This document shows positions 28,701-36,154 of a stretch of DNA of 37,566 nucleotides, one piece after another. Numbering within the stretch: the first letter of the stretch is position 1; the number at the start of each line of letters is the position of its first letter. The position numbers and the translations under genes are program-made. Source of the stretch: a candidate division WWE3 bacterium CG08_land_8_20_14_0_20_43_13. Its GTDB lineage: Bacteria; Patescibacteriota; WWE3; PEYW01. The stretch lies in contig PEYW01000029.1 of the NCBI GenBank assembly GCA_002774225.1, forward strand, positions 1-37,566. The letters run 5' to 3'. Below the pieces are notes generated by a model. The model had not been told where the DNA came from. It saw only the letters and a program-made list of their open reading frames with translations, and made no database searches.

Positions 28701-29479
28701 GCGCCCATACCCACTTGGGAAAACTTTTTAAGGTATGGAGATAAAAGCCTGTATTCATTATCGGTAAGTACTGTCAAATAACCTACTGCCTCTAGCTTGT
28801 CACGCAAAGAATTATAATGATCCTCGACATTATTCCGCTCCTTTTGTTCCTTTTCCACCAACGAGGCGATTTTGCTATTGCGTTTTAACTCAAGCTCTTC
28901 GGTAATCATTTTCTTACGACCGACATCCCCAAGATCAGTTAACTTTTTGAGCTGTTCGGCTAAATCTTTTTCTTCTTGGGCTATTTTCTCTCCTACCAAT
29001 TTAGTAAGTTTTTCTAAATCGCGCGTCAAATCCTGGTCAACAGCTTCCAAAGCCAAAGCTTTTTTCTCCGCCTGAACTTTTGTCACTAAATAACTGGAAA
29101 AATAAACAACCGCCCTAACATTACGGGGAGAAATTCCTAACAACAGACTTATTTGGGAAGGGATACGTCTAAAAAACCAGGGGTGGGCAATCGGAGCCGC
29201 TAAAGTAATATGCCCCATACGCTCACGACGCACACGAGAAAAAGTTACTTCCACACCGCATTTGTCACAAACGACCCCTTTGTATCTGATACCCTTATAT
29301 TTTCCGCAACAACACTTAAAGTCTGATGTTGGACCGAAGATTTTCTCACAAAAAAGACCGTCCTTCTCCGCTCTAAAGGTTCGATAGTTTATTGTTTCTG
29401 GTTTTAAAACCTCGCCGCGCGACCAAGACCTAATTTGTTCGGGAGAGGCAAGGGAAAGACGAAGGGCATCAAATTCCAT
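25778..29479 (-). CDS. rpoC: DNA-directed RNA polymerase beta' subunit
   Basis: The zinc-binding motif C.CGKYK...YKG..C..CGVEV, the catalytic NADFDGDQMAVH, and bridge-helix/trigger-loop blocks. Length is 1233 aa. Confidence 0.97.
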   Translation of the reverse strand: MEFDALRLSLASPEQIRSWSRGEVLKPETINYRTFRAEKDGLFCEKIFGPTSDFKCCCGKYKGIRYKGVVCDKCGVEVTFSRVRRERMGHITLAAPIAHPWFFRRIPSQISLLLGISPRNVRAVVYFSSYLVTKVQAEKKALALEAVDQDLTRDLEKLTKLVGEKIAQEEKDLAEQLKKLTDLGDVGRKKMITEELELKRNSKIASLVEKEQKERNNVEDHYNSLRDKLEAVGYLTVLTDNEYRLLSPYLKKFSQVGMGARALLAVLRGINLEDMTKELRQLISKSRGNKLMLTKRLRVAEKLRQAGINSANMVMTILPVIPPDLRPMVQLEGGRFATSDLNDLYRRVINRNNRLKHLLELGAPQIIIHNEERMLQEAVDALLDQPFQKTRYKKQKELRSMSELLKGKKGRFRLNLLGKRVDYSGRAVIVVGPELRLYECGLPKEMALELFKPFVLRELMLRGLAPNVRSAKYFLDQRNGQVWDILEEIVKDHPVLLNRAPTLHSLSIQAFYPKLTEGSAIQLPPVVCTGFNADFDGDQMAVHVPLTQKAIQEAKDLMLSTHNLVRPAAGDPAVMPRREMLYGLFYLTGTDSSLPKLNNVFASPNEVSLAYESGYLGLRQLIKVKYQDQIIETTHGRLIFNNCLPEKSRFINKQVLYNDLRDMVVSTLVNEHDQKAADLIDVLKTLGLKYGTKYACSMSLYDCKVPEEKKQVLEEAEEEIIKIEKSCARGLITESEMKELSKNVWIKTTNAIDDMVWEGMRDDNPIKIMVVSKAKGGRDQVKQLAGMRGLIADPTGRIVEMPTKSSYREGLEIFEYFSGTRGGRKGLTDKALKTAEAGYLTRRLVDVAQDVIVRDEDCGTKEGLEIIRGQENPLTSFSERLVGRISLKNVKIGSRLVVTSGEEITESTAKEIAESSLASVFVRSPMTCKSPFGICIKCYGRDLITGSLVKIGRAVGVIAAQSIGEPGTQLTMKTFHTGGVVGKDITQGLPRVEEIFEARTPKNAALMSEITGKVSIKESEEGLTILKVQATDKDADISELEYRLEPFEDPAVEDGDLVSKGDSLTHGFSNIKKLLQSKGLLEAQRYILKEIQDTYSSQGVTLSDKHAEVIIRQMFSRLKVTNPGDTGLLAGDLVTQPYIDYVNSRTKGSPAKVDQEVLGITRASLCTESFLSAASFQNTIQVLTDAACSGSVDHLLGLKENVIIGRLIPTGERASIADELDMIFGNWRTISTN

Positions 29480-29497
29480 AAATTATTCGACACAAAA

Positions 29498-32400
29498 CTA
29501 ATAATTCGAAGGAGATCCTGTGCTAATATGCACATCTTCTTTTGTATCTTTTTTTAAGTCTAGAATTTCAATTGACAAGCCCAAACCAGACATTTCTTTG
29601 GTAAGAAGCTTAAAGGATTCGGGAATAGAAGCTTCTGGTATAGGCTCCCCTTGAACAATAGCCTTATATGCCTTATTGCGCCCAACTATGTCATCCGATT
29701 TGATAGTTAACATTTCCTGCAGTATATGAGCAGCTCCATAAGCTTCTAAAGCCCACACCTCCATTTCACCAAATCTTTGACCACCAAATTGAGCTTTTCC
29801 ACCCAAGGGCTGTTGGGTAATAAGCGAATAAGGACCGGTGGAACGAGCATGCATCTTTTCTTCCGCAATATGTTTAAGCTTTAAAATGTATTCATACCCC
29901 ACCACTACTTTAGAATCATACGGCTCTCCAGTACGGCCATCGTAAAGAAGAGTTTTTCCATCTTCTGGTAAATTGGCCTTCTCCATCTTTTCAAATACAA
30001 AGTGATCACCATTGCTCTTAAAAGACTCCACTATATAACGAGTATCTAGTTTTTTAGCCGCGTTGGCGAGATGGGTTTCCATCAACTGACCAACATTCAT
30101 ACGAGAAATAACCGAAGTTGGAGATATAATAATATCAACCGCTTGCCCATCAGCGGTGTATGGCATATCTTCAACCGGAACAATTCTGGAGATGACTCCC
30201 TTGTTACCATGACGGGCAGAGAGTTTGTCACCAACAGATATTTTTAAGGATTGAGCCACAAGTACCTTAATTTCCTGCAGCACACCGGCCGATAAATTCG
30301 CCTCACCGCTATCAAGGATTTTTATCCCCACCACAGTACCACCTTCACCATGAGGGACAGTTAGCGAGTTATTACGAACATCTTTAGCTTTTTCACCAAA
30401 AATAGAACGCAGCAAGCGCTCTTCAGCAGAGAGCTCAGCTTCTCCTTTTGGAGCAACTTTACCAACAAGAATATCCCCGGAATGAACTTTTGCCCCAACT
30501 TGGACAACACCCTGCTCGTCAAGGTTACGCAGAGATTCCTCGGTAACATTAGGAATATCGTTAGTTACTTCCTCGGGACCTAATTTTGTATCTAAAACCT
30601 GAACATCGTACTCACTAATGATAACCGATGTAAGAATATCATCTTTTACAAGATGATCGGAAAGGACCAAAGCATCATCGTAAGTGTAGCCATCCCAATC
30701 CATGTAAGCCACACGTAAAGACCTTCCCAAAGCCAAGTAACCTCCTGCTGTTGAAGGTCCGTCAGCTAGTAAGTCCCCAACTTTAACCTTCTGACCAACA
30801 TGGACTACTGGAATTTGGTTAAAACAAGTACCATCATTCGACTTAATAAACTTCTTTAACTCATAAATTATTTCCTTATTTTTGCTGGTTTTTATTTTCA
30901 CAATGGCGGAGTCTACATAAACAACCTCGCCATTCTCCTCCGCTAGTACAAGAACTCCTGAAGAGCGCGCGATGTCCTTTTCGGTACCGGTTTCTACTAA
31001 AGAGCGCTCTGTTTGTATTAAAGGAACAGCTTGTGCCATATGGTTGGAAGCCATTAAAACACGGTTATCGTTATCGTGAGAAACAAACGGTACCAACGAT
31101 GCAGAGACACCCAAAATCTGCCGAGACGATACATCAACATAATCCGCCTGCTGGCGACCGGCGATGAAAAATTTACTTTTATGACGAAGGGGTATACGTT
31201 CTTGAACAATAAAACCTCTTTGATCGGTCTTCACCGAGCCGTTAGTAATTAAAAAGTTCTCCTCTTCGTACGCCGCCAAATAGACAATTTCATCGGTTAC
31301 CTGAACACGACCATCGGCGTGCTTTTTTAACCGACGATAAGGGGTTTCCAAATAACCGTGCTTATTAACTCGCGAGTAGAGGGCTAGATAAGTGACTAAA
31401 CCAATATTAGGACCCTCGGGAGTACGAACCGGACAAATTCTGCCATAGTGACTAAAATGAGCGTCGCGTACCGAAAAAGTGGCCCGTTCTTTGGTAAGAC
31501 CACCTTGACCACCCACTGTTAAACGACGTAAATGATCAAGTCGGGATAAAGGATTAATTTGATCGTGATATTGGGATAACTGCCCAGAAGCAAAAAAGCT
31601 GTGAACCCTAGCCATAACAGGCCGCGGAGAAAGCAATATGTTTGGCTGACAAAGGTGGTCTCCTGGCTGAAGACTCATCCTCTCCTTGACCAAACGCTCA
31701 ATCTGCAAAAAGCCGACCCTCACTTCACGCTGAAGCAATTCACCAACCGAACGAACGCGCCGGCTAGCTAAACTATCTATATCATCGTAATCTCCCAAAC
31801 CGTTATTAAGTTGAATAAGCTTAGAAATAGCTGCCGCCAAATCTTCTAAATGCAAAAGCCTTCCCTCTGGAGTATCAGCAAACTTTAAGCCTAATTTTCG
31901 ATTTAAATTGAACCGACCGACGCTTCCCAAATTAAAGAGGCGATAATTAAAAAATTTTCTTTCAATGAGGGCACGGGCATTATCCAAAACCAAGGGCTCG
32001 CCTGGTCTTAGTTTTTTATAAATCTCCAAAAGAGCGTCCTCGTAGGATTCACAAGGATCTTTTTCCAAAGTAGCGTGGATATATGAAAGACTATGGTTAA
32101 TATCTACCTTAGAAAAAGCCTCCAAAATATCCTTATCCGTAGATAACCCATAAATCCTCAACAAAACAGTGGCTGCCATTTTTCTCCGGCGGTCAATCTG
32201 AGCAGTTATTATACCGCGACGAGAAGTAACAAATTCCAACCAAGCCCCATTTTTGGGAATAAGTTTTAGTCTAGTCAAGCGCCTCTTTTGATACAAGCCA
32301 TCAAGGGTAAACAAAATTCCTTCTGAACGAGTAAGTTGGTTAATTACTGCTCTTTCAACACCATTGATAATAAAGGTACCTTCGTTAGTAATTTGAGGAA

Positions 32401-32719
32401 AATTGCCCATAAAGATTTCTTGGCTGACCTGCTTTCCCGTTTTACAATCTTTAAGAACCGCGTTAATGTACCAAGGACTTTCATAATTCGAGGCGGTGCG
32501 GACCGCCTCTGCTATAGTAATGGTAGGATTTTCAAAACGGGGTTTACTCAATATCAACTGCCAACCACGACTGGTATAGTCTTCGATAGGACTGACTTCC
32601 TGAATAATTTCTTCAACTGCTTCCTTAACAAACCAGCCGTAAGAATCCTTTTGAATACGCGCCAAATCAGGCAAAGGCAGATCGTGTTCAAAGAAAGAGG
32701 ACGCAGATTTCTTGGACAT
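29498..32719 (-). CDS. rpoB: DNA-directed RNA polymerase beta subunit
   Basis: Rif-region-like blocks (QLSQ..DQ.NPL, RR....G.GGL.RERA), HGNKGV.S.I and GGQRFGEMEVWALEAYGAA. Length is 1073 aa. Confidence 0.97.
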   Translation of the reverse strand: MSKKSASSFFEHDLPLPDLARIQKDSYGWFVKEAVEEIIQEVSPIEDYTSRGWQLILSKPRFENPTITIAEAVRTASNYESPWYINAVLKDCKTGKQVSQEIFMGNFPQITNEGTFIINGVERAVINQLTRSEGILFTLDGLYQKRRLTRLKLIPKNGAWLEFVTSRRGIITAQIDRRRKMAATVLLRIYGLSTDKDILEAFSKVDINHSLSYIHATLEKDPCESYEDALLEIYKKLRPGEPLVLDNARALIERKFFNYRLFNLGSVGRFNLNRKLGLKFADTPEGRLLHLEDLAAAISKLIQLNNGLGDYDDIDSLASRRVRSVGELLQREVRVGFLQIERLVKERMSLQPGDHLCQPNILLSPRPVMARVHSFFASGQLSQYHDQINPLSRLDHLRRLTVGGQGGLTKERATFSVRDAHFSHYGRICPVRTPEGPNIGLVTYLALYSRVNKHGYLETPYRRLKKHADGRVQVTDEIVYLAAYEEENFLITNGSVKTDQRGFIVQERIPLRHKSKFFIAGRQQADYVDVSSRQILGVSASLVPFVSHDNDNRVLMASNHMAQAVPLIQTERSLVETGTEKDIARSSGVLVLAEENGEVVYVDSAIVKIKTSKNKEIIYELKKFIKSNDGTCFNQIPVVHVGQKVKVGDLLADGPSTAGGYLALGRSLRVAYMDWDGYTYDDALVLSDHLVKDDILTSVIISEYDVQVLDTKLGPEEVTNDIPNVTEESLRNLDEQGVVQVGAKVHSGDILVGKVAPKGEAELSAEERLLRSIFGEKAKDVRNNSLTVPHGEGGTVVGIKILDSGEANLSAGVLQEIKVLVAQSLKISVGDKLSARHGNKGVISRIVPVEDMPYTADGQAVDIIISPTSVISRMNVGQLMETHLANAAKKLDTRYIVESFKSNGDHFVFEKMEKANLPEDGKTLLYDGRTGEPYDSKVVVGYEYILKLKHIAEEKMHARSTGPYSLITQQPLGGKAQFGGQRFGEMEVWALEAYGAAHILQEMLTIKSDDIVGRNKAYKAIVQGEPIPEASIPESFKLLTKEMSGLGLSIEILDLKKDTKEDVHISTGSPSNY

Positions 32720-32762
32720 GTGTTATCCTAAAAAATTAAGGGAAAAAACGCAACTGCGGGCA

Positions 32763-32791
32763 CTTTTATCACAAACAAAAAATTATGTCAA
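32763..32791 (-). promoter_or_regulatory. Candidate rpoB promoter: TTGACA - 17 nt - TAAAAG (alternative TGT-GATAAA)
   Basis: The minus strand reads GTTGTTGACATAATTTTTTGTTTGTGATAAAAGTG, beginning 3 nt after the mltG stop. The -10 element is only a partial match. Confidence 0.35.
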
Positions 32792-32794
32792 CAA

Positions 32795-33832
32795 CTAATT
32801 GCTGAATTTTCTTATATTGCTTATATGCTCATCAAGTGTAACCGCATAATGAATTGTACCATCACTATCAGAAAAATAAAACAAGTAAGGGGATGTTTTT
32901 GCGCCAACAACCGCTTCCAAAGAAAGTAAACCTGGATTGGAAATTGGTCCGGGAGGAAGCCCTAGGTAAAGACGAGTATTATAAGGACTTTCCAATTTTA
33001 ATCCATTTTCTGGCTCTGGCCACCACGAACAGTCGTATAAATTGTCCGCGCACTCAAGACTGGCTAAAGCATACTGGACAGTCGCATCTACTTCCAGAGG
33101 CATATTTAGTCTCCATCTTTTTAATAGAATCCCAGCTACCACCGAACGATCTTCGGGGAGTCGTGTCTCCCGTTCAACTAAAGAGGCAAAAATTACGACT
33201 TGTTCCTTTGGCGGATCTTCGGTAAAAACAAGATCGCTAGTTTTTTGATTAAAGTTGTCTAACATTCTATTTATTATCTGTTTAGCATTATTATCGTAAG
33301 AAACACGGTAAGTATCGGGAAATAAATAACCCTCTAAACCGGCCGCGGTTTGTACAAACTCATCAAAAAAATATCCTAAACAAGAAATTTGGCTGGAGCC
33401 GCACTTCCATCTCGCGTAAACTAAAGCATATTCTTCTAAACGTTGTCCTTCAATAAAAACTATAGACTCTTCAAAAAGACCTTTTTTAAAGAGAGCCGCT
33501 AGTGAACCAACTGATAAACCTTCCACAAGTTGATAACGGCCAGCTTGGATATTAAGGATAGGATTAGCCTTTAAATAAAGCATAAATACAAGGGGGTGAG
33601 GGATAATTCCCTGATTATAAAGGTTCTGGGCAACCACCTTACTTGAATCTCCCGGGTTAATAGTAAAAACCAACGAACTTGACGCTTTATAATTCAAGGG
33701 TCTGTTGCAATATTGAATAAAAACCCAGTATAAAAGCGAGATCGAGGCAACTGAAACAAACAAAAAAACACCTCCTAAAATAAGAAGAGGTTTTACAGAA
33801 AAGATTTTTTTTGCAGGTATACTCTGTTCCAT
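32795..33832 (-). CDS. mltG: MltG/YceG-family endolytic murein transglycosylase (345 aa; ATG 33832)
   Basis: An N-terminal TM helix, EGYLFPDTY and LASLVERE.....DR..VAG....R......L..DATVQYAL are YceG-domain blocks. It lies downstream of ruvX, as in Firmicutes. Confidence 0.85.
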   Translation of the reverse strand: MEQSIPAKKIFSVKPLLILGGVFLFVSVASISLLYWVFIQYCNRPLNYKASSSLVFTINPGDSSKVVAQNLYNQGIIPHPLVFMLYLKANPILNIQAGRYQLVEGLSVGSLAALFKKGLFEESIVFIEGQRLEEYALVYARWKCGSSQISCLGYFFDEFVQTAAGLEGYLFPDTYRVSYDNNAKQIINRMLDNFNQKTSDLVFTEDPPKEQVVIFASLVERETRLPEDRSVVAGILLKRWRLNMPLEVDATVQYALASLECADNLYDCSWWPEPENGLKLESPYNTRLYLGLPPGPISNPGLLSLEAVVGAKTSPYLFYFSDSDGTIHYAVTLDEHISNIRKFSN

Positions 33833-33836
33833 AAAA

Positions 33837-34247
33837 TCAGGTTTGATCCTGCTCCGTAAAATAACGCTCCAGTAACACAACAGCCGCGTAGGAATCAAGT
33901 TGACTGCCTTTTCTCCTTCGGGACTTAGAAAGTTTCATCACTTTCCCTGCCTCTTGGGAAGAAAAACTCTCATTCACAAACGCGGTTTTAACTCCCGGCA
34001 AGTGTTTGGATAACATATTAGCCAGCTCATTAACCTCAAAGACCAAAAGCGATGGTTCGGGGCCAACTTGCCGAGGAAGACCAAAAACAACAGTATTTAT
34101 TTCCTCTTGTTTACACAAATGAGCAATTCGTTGTAAAAGAGTTTTTTTATCCGGCACATCCGTCCATACCCTTAAAGGAATTGAGCTCTCCCGAGTGCCT
34201 AAAGCCAAACCAATACGCTTTTTACCGTAGTCCACAGCCAATACCAT
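33837..34247 (-). CDS. ruvX: YqgF/RuvX putative Holliday-junction resolvase / pre-16S rRNA nuclease
   Basis: The N-terminus VLAVDYGKKRIGLALG is followed by ..VVFGLP and a C-terminal S.A..ILE.Y-like LLERYF. Length is 136 aa. Confidence 0.85.
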   Translation of the reverse strand: MVLAVDYGKKRIGLALGTRESSIPLRVWTDVPDKKTLLQRIAHLCKQEEINTVVFGLPRQVGPEPSLLVFEVNELANMLSKHLPGVKTAFVNESFSSQEAGKVMKLSKSRRRKGSQLDSYAAVVLLERYFTEQDQT

Positions 34248-34253
34248 AGTTCT

Positions 34254-35771
34254 CTACTGTGAAGTAATTTCTACAACAATTGAATCCGCGTTACTAGGCA
34301 ACCTTCCTTGAGTTATCAGACTATCCAAAAAAGGAATCGGTGATCCTAAAATAATTCTAATTGAAGACAGTCCTCGCAACGATTTTAAATAATCGCTAGC
34401 GGAAGACAAACTCAATCCAACAATGGATCTTGATAGTTCCTCTTTTTTAAACCGCGGAATTATAAAACCCTTAACACGGCAATTAAAGTACAGGGTTTGA
34501 TCAAGACTTCCGGTAACATTTTCCACAGATACCGAAATTGGATCATCGGTTAGAGAGTAATTGTCCGGGACCTTTTCTTCCAATCTCTGTTTGACCATAT
34601 CTTTGAGGGTTTGTTCGGAATAAACACCGGCTCTAATTTTTAGGTCCAGTGTAACACTTAAAGTATCGGTCTCATCACCAACTTTGTGACTATACTCCGT
34701 ATTGATGATGCTTGATTGAAGAGCTTGTTGCTCCAACCTCTGATCACCCACCATCCTGGAGCGGATTTGGGCAACCCCTTCCTCCAAAAGAAGGGCTTTT
34801 GCAGAAGATTGAGAATTACTGTAGTCTTCTTGAGTAACTACCCTAACATTACGACTCTCACCACCACCAAAATCTGCTTCATTAATTGCCACGAAACTGG
34901 ACGGGGATTCATTAGCAACCGTAAAATTCTGGGCTTTGGCAAGATTACCTAAAGAACCTATCTCTTGAGCAGCTACCGAAACACTAGCGCTGCCACTTTT
35001 GTATTCAATCGCTTGCGCGCTAGCGGCAGCAATTTTCCTCGCCGGAACATTTACTTCCTGATCCATCAAAAATTTAATCGTATCTTCGGTTGTTATTAAA
35101 GAAACAATCGTTCCTGCCTTAAAGACCTTATCGGAATCTGTCTTGTTGTAAATAGTAATCGCTCCTGCAGCTTTTGTTCCTACTACCTTTTCACCAGTAG
35201 TAGCTATTTGGTGCTTTTTTTTACCGGAATTTTCTATCAATGTTAAAGGAAGAAAGTCGGCGTCATCTGGTTCTAAATTTACTTTACCCGCTAAATCAAA
35301 ATCTTGAACCAACTGATCAGAAGAAACAGTTAATTCCACCTTTGCCCAAGTCTTATTCTTAAGATAAATAAATCCACCAATAAGCAATAAGGTGAATAAA
35401 ATAGGCAGAAGAATGAAACTGTACAACGGCTTTACTTTTGGCATATTTTTTAAAACGCCGAAGATTGAGAAAAAATTTACTGGAAACTTTATTTGATGTT
35501 TTCTCCTACCCAACTCTTCGTCCCGAGGCAAGCTGGTAAGGTCACTTGGGTATAAATACCCCAAAAGTTGGCGAGAAGTCTTATCTAAACCCTGCCAAGT
35601 CAATTTTTTACCTTTAGCGGCGGCCAATTTTTCTACCACCCTAAACAACAAGGGAAAGGCAGCTACACAGGAATCTTTTGATATTTTAATTGTAAGCTGC
35701 TCTCCAATAAATGATTCCACAAACTCCAGCATTTGCTCCGCGTTTTGATTGGTAACTTTTAACTCATCCAT
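34254..35771 (-). CDS. Hypothetical single-pass (bitopic) membrane protein, 505 aa: ~115-aa cytoplasmic N-domain, one TM helix (YSFILLPILFTLLLIGGFIYL), large beta-rich ectodomain; possibly baseplate-J(gp47)-like (unverified)
   Basis: The ORF is long and clean. TGEKVVGTKAAGAITIYNKTDSDKVFKAGT and VSVAAQEIGSLGNLAKAQNF resemble, from memory, motifs of baseplate-J-like proteins annotated in CPR genomes. The ATG at 35771 is preferred over the GTG at 35801. Confidence 0.6.
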   Translation of the reverse strand: MDELKVTNQNAEQMLEFVESFIGEQLTIKISKDSCVAAFPLLFRVVEKLAAAKGKKLTWQGLDKTSRQLLGYLYPSDLTSLPRDEELGRRKHQIKFPVNFFSIFGVLKNMPKVKPLYSFILLPILFTLLLIGGFIYLKNKTWAKVELTVSSDQLVQDFDLAGKVNLEPDDADFLPLTLIENSGKKKHQIATTGEKVVGTKAAGAITIYNKTDSDKVFKAGTIVSLITTEDTIKFLMDQEVNVPARKIAAASAQAIEYKSGSASVSVAAQEIGSLGNLAKAQNFTVANESPSSFVAINEADFGGGESRNVRVVTQEDYSNSQSSAKALLLEEGVAQIRSRMVGDQRLEQQALQSSIINTEYSHKVGDETDTLSVTLDLKIRAGVYSEQTLKDMVKQRLEEKVPDNYSLTDDPISVSVENVTGSLDQTLYFNCRVKGFIIPRFKKEELSRSIVGLSLSSASDYLKSLRGLSSIRIILGSPIPFLDSLITQGRLPSNADSIVVEITSQ

Positions 35772-35795
35772 AGAGCCCCACAGGCAAGCCCGTGA

Positions 35796-35868
35796 TACCA
35801 CTTAGCGACCCCGCCTCGGCGGTGGTACGATCCATCCTCCGTAGCAGCAGCAACTGCTACTGCGGAGG
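35796..35868 (-). other. Two adjacent GC-rich hairpins just upstream of the 505-aa gene
   Basis: At 35835-35869 there is a 16-bp stem (CCTCCGCAGTAGCAG-TTG-CTGCTGCTACGGAGG plus a closing A-T pair; one mismatch, one G-U). At 35796-35827 TACCAC/GTGGTA encloses CCGC-CGAG-GCGG. GC content is well above that of the surrounding sequence. Confidence 0.5.
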
Positions 35869-35963
35869 ACGGGCATGCGCCGTAGCATAAATTAACTAAA
35901 TTAAACACTTGCATATTAAAAGTATCGCATTCACTAGAGAACTACATTTAAACCTATGGAATT

Positions 35964-36030
35964 TTGTCATCCTGAACTTGTTTCAGGATCTAATACCCAG
36001 TAAGATTCCGAAATGAATTCGGAATGACAA
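35964..36030. repeat. Twin-hairpin module bounded by 7-bp inverted repeats (TTGTCAT...ATGACAA)
   Basis: ATCCTGAA-N5-TTCAGGAT (35969-35989) and ATTCCGAA-N5-TTCGGAAT (36005-36025) are two perfect 8-bp stems that differ by paired (compensatory) changes. They are flanked by direct repeats AACTACAT..TTTAAAC at 35940-35953 and 36030-36047. Confidence 0.55.
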
Positions 36031-36092
36031 ACTACATACTTTTAAACTGCGATGTCTAACCCCATTAGATAATATTATCTGACCGGGTTCAT

Positions 36093-36154
36093 CCACAGAT
36101 AAATCCGTGGTATCTCCTGCCTTGCCTGCCTGGCGGCAGACACGGCCGGCAGGC
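36093..36154 (-). other. GC-rich hairpin cluster immediately downstream of the FtsA/PilM-like gene
   Basis: CCACGGA-TTTA-TCTGTGG lies at 36093-36110 and GCCTGCC...GGCAGGC at 36124-36154. A second GGCAGG copy allows alternative pairing. There is no U tract. Confidence 0.4.

Noticed and set aside
32720-32762. Possible hairpin plus T-run (CGCAGTTGCGTTTTTT) in the rpoB leader as a second attenuator
   Set aside because: The stem would be only 4 bp with a 2-nt loop, which is not a viable structure.
35896-35970. 24-codon minus-strand ORF (MTKFHRFKCSSLVNAILLICKCLI) whose ATG is buried in the outer stem of the twin-hairpin module; considered as a type I toxin-like peptide
   Set aside because: There is no ribosome-binding context or recognisable antitoxin RNA, the peptide is very short, and the region is AT-rich, where such ORFs arise by chance. 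I have no supporting evidence.
36089-36097. DnaA-box-like TCATCCACA next to an AT-rich stretch (possible oriC)
   Set aside because: It is a single 8/9 match with no cluster of boxes. No dnaA or dnaN gene is nearby, and all flanking genes are co-oriented with no strand switch. It is most likely a chance match.
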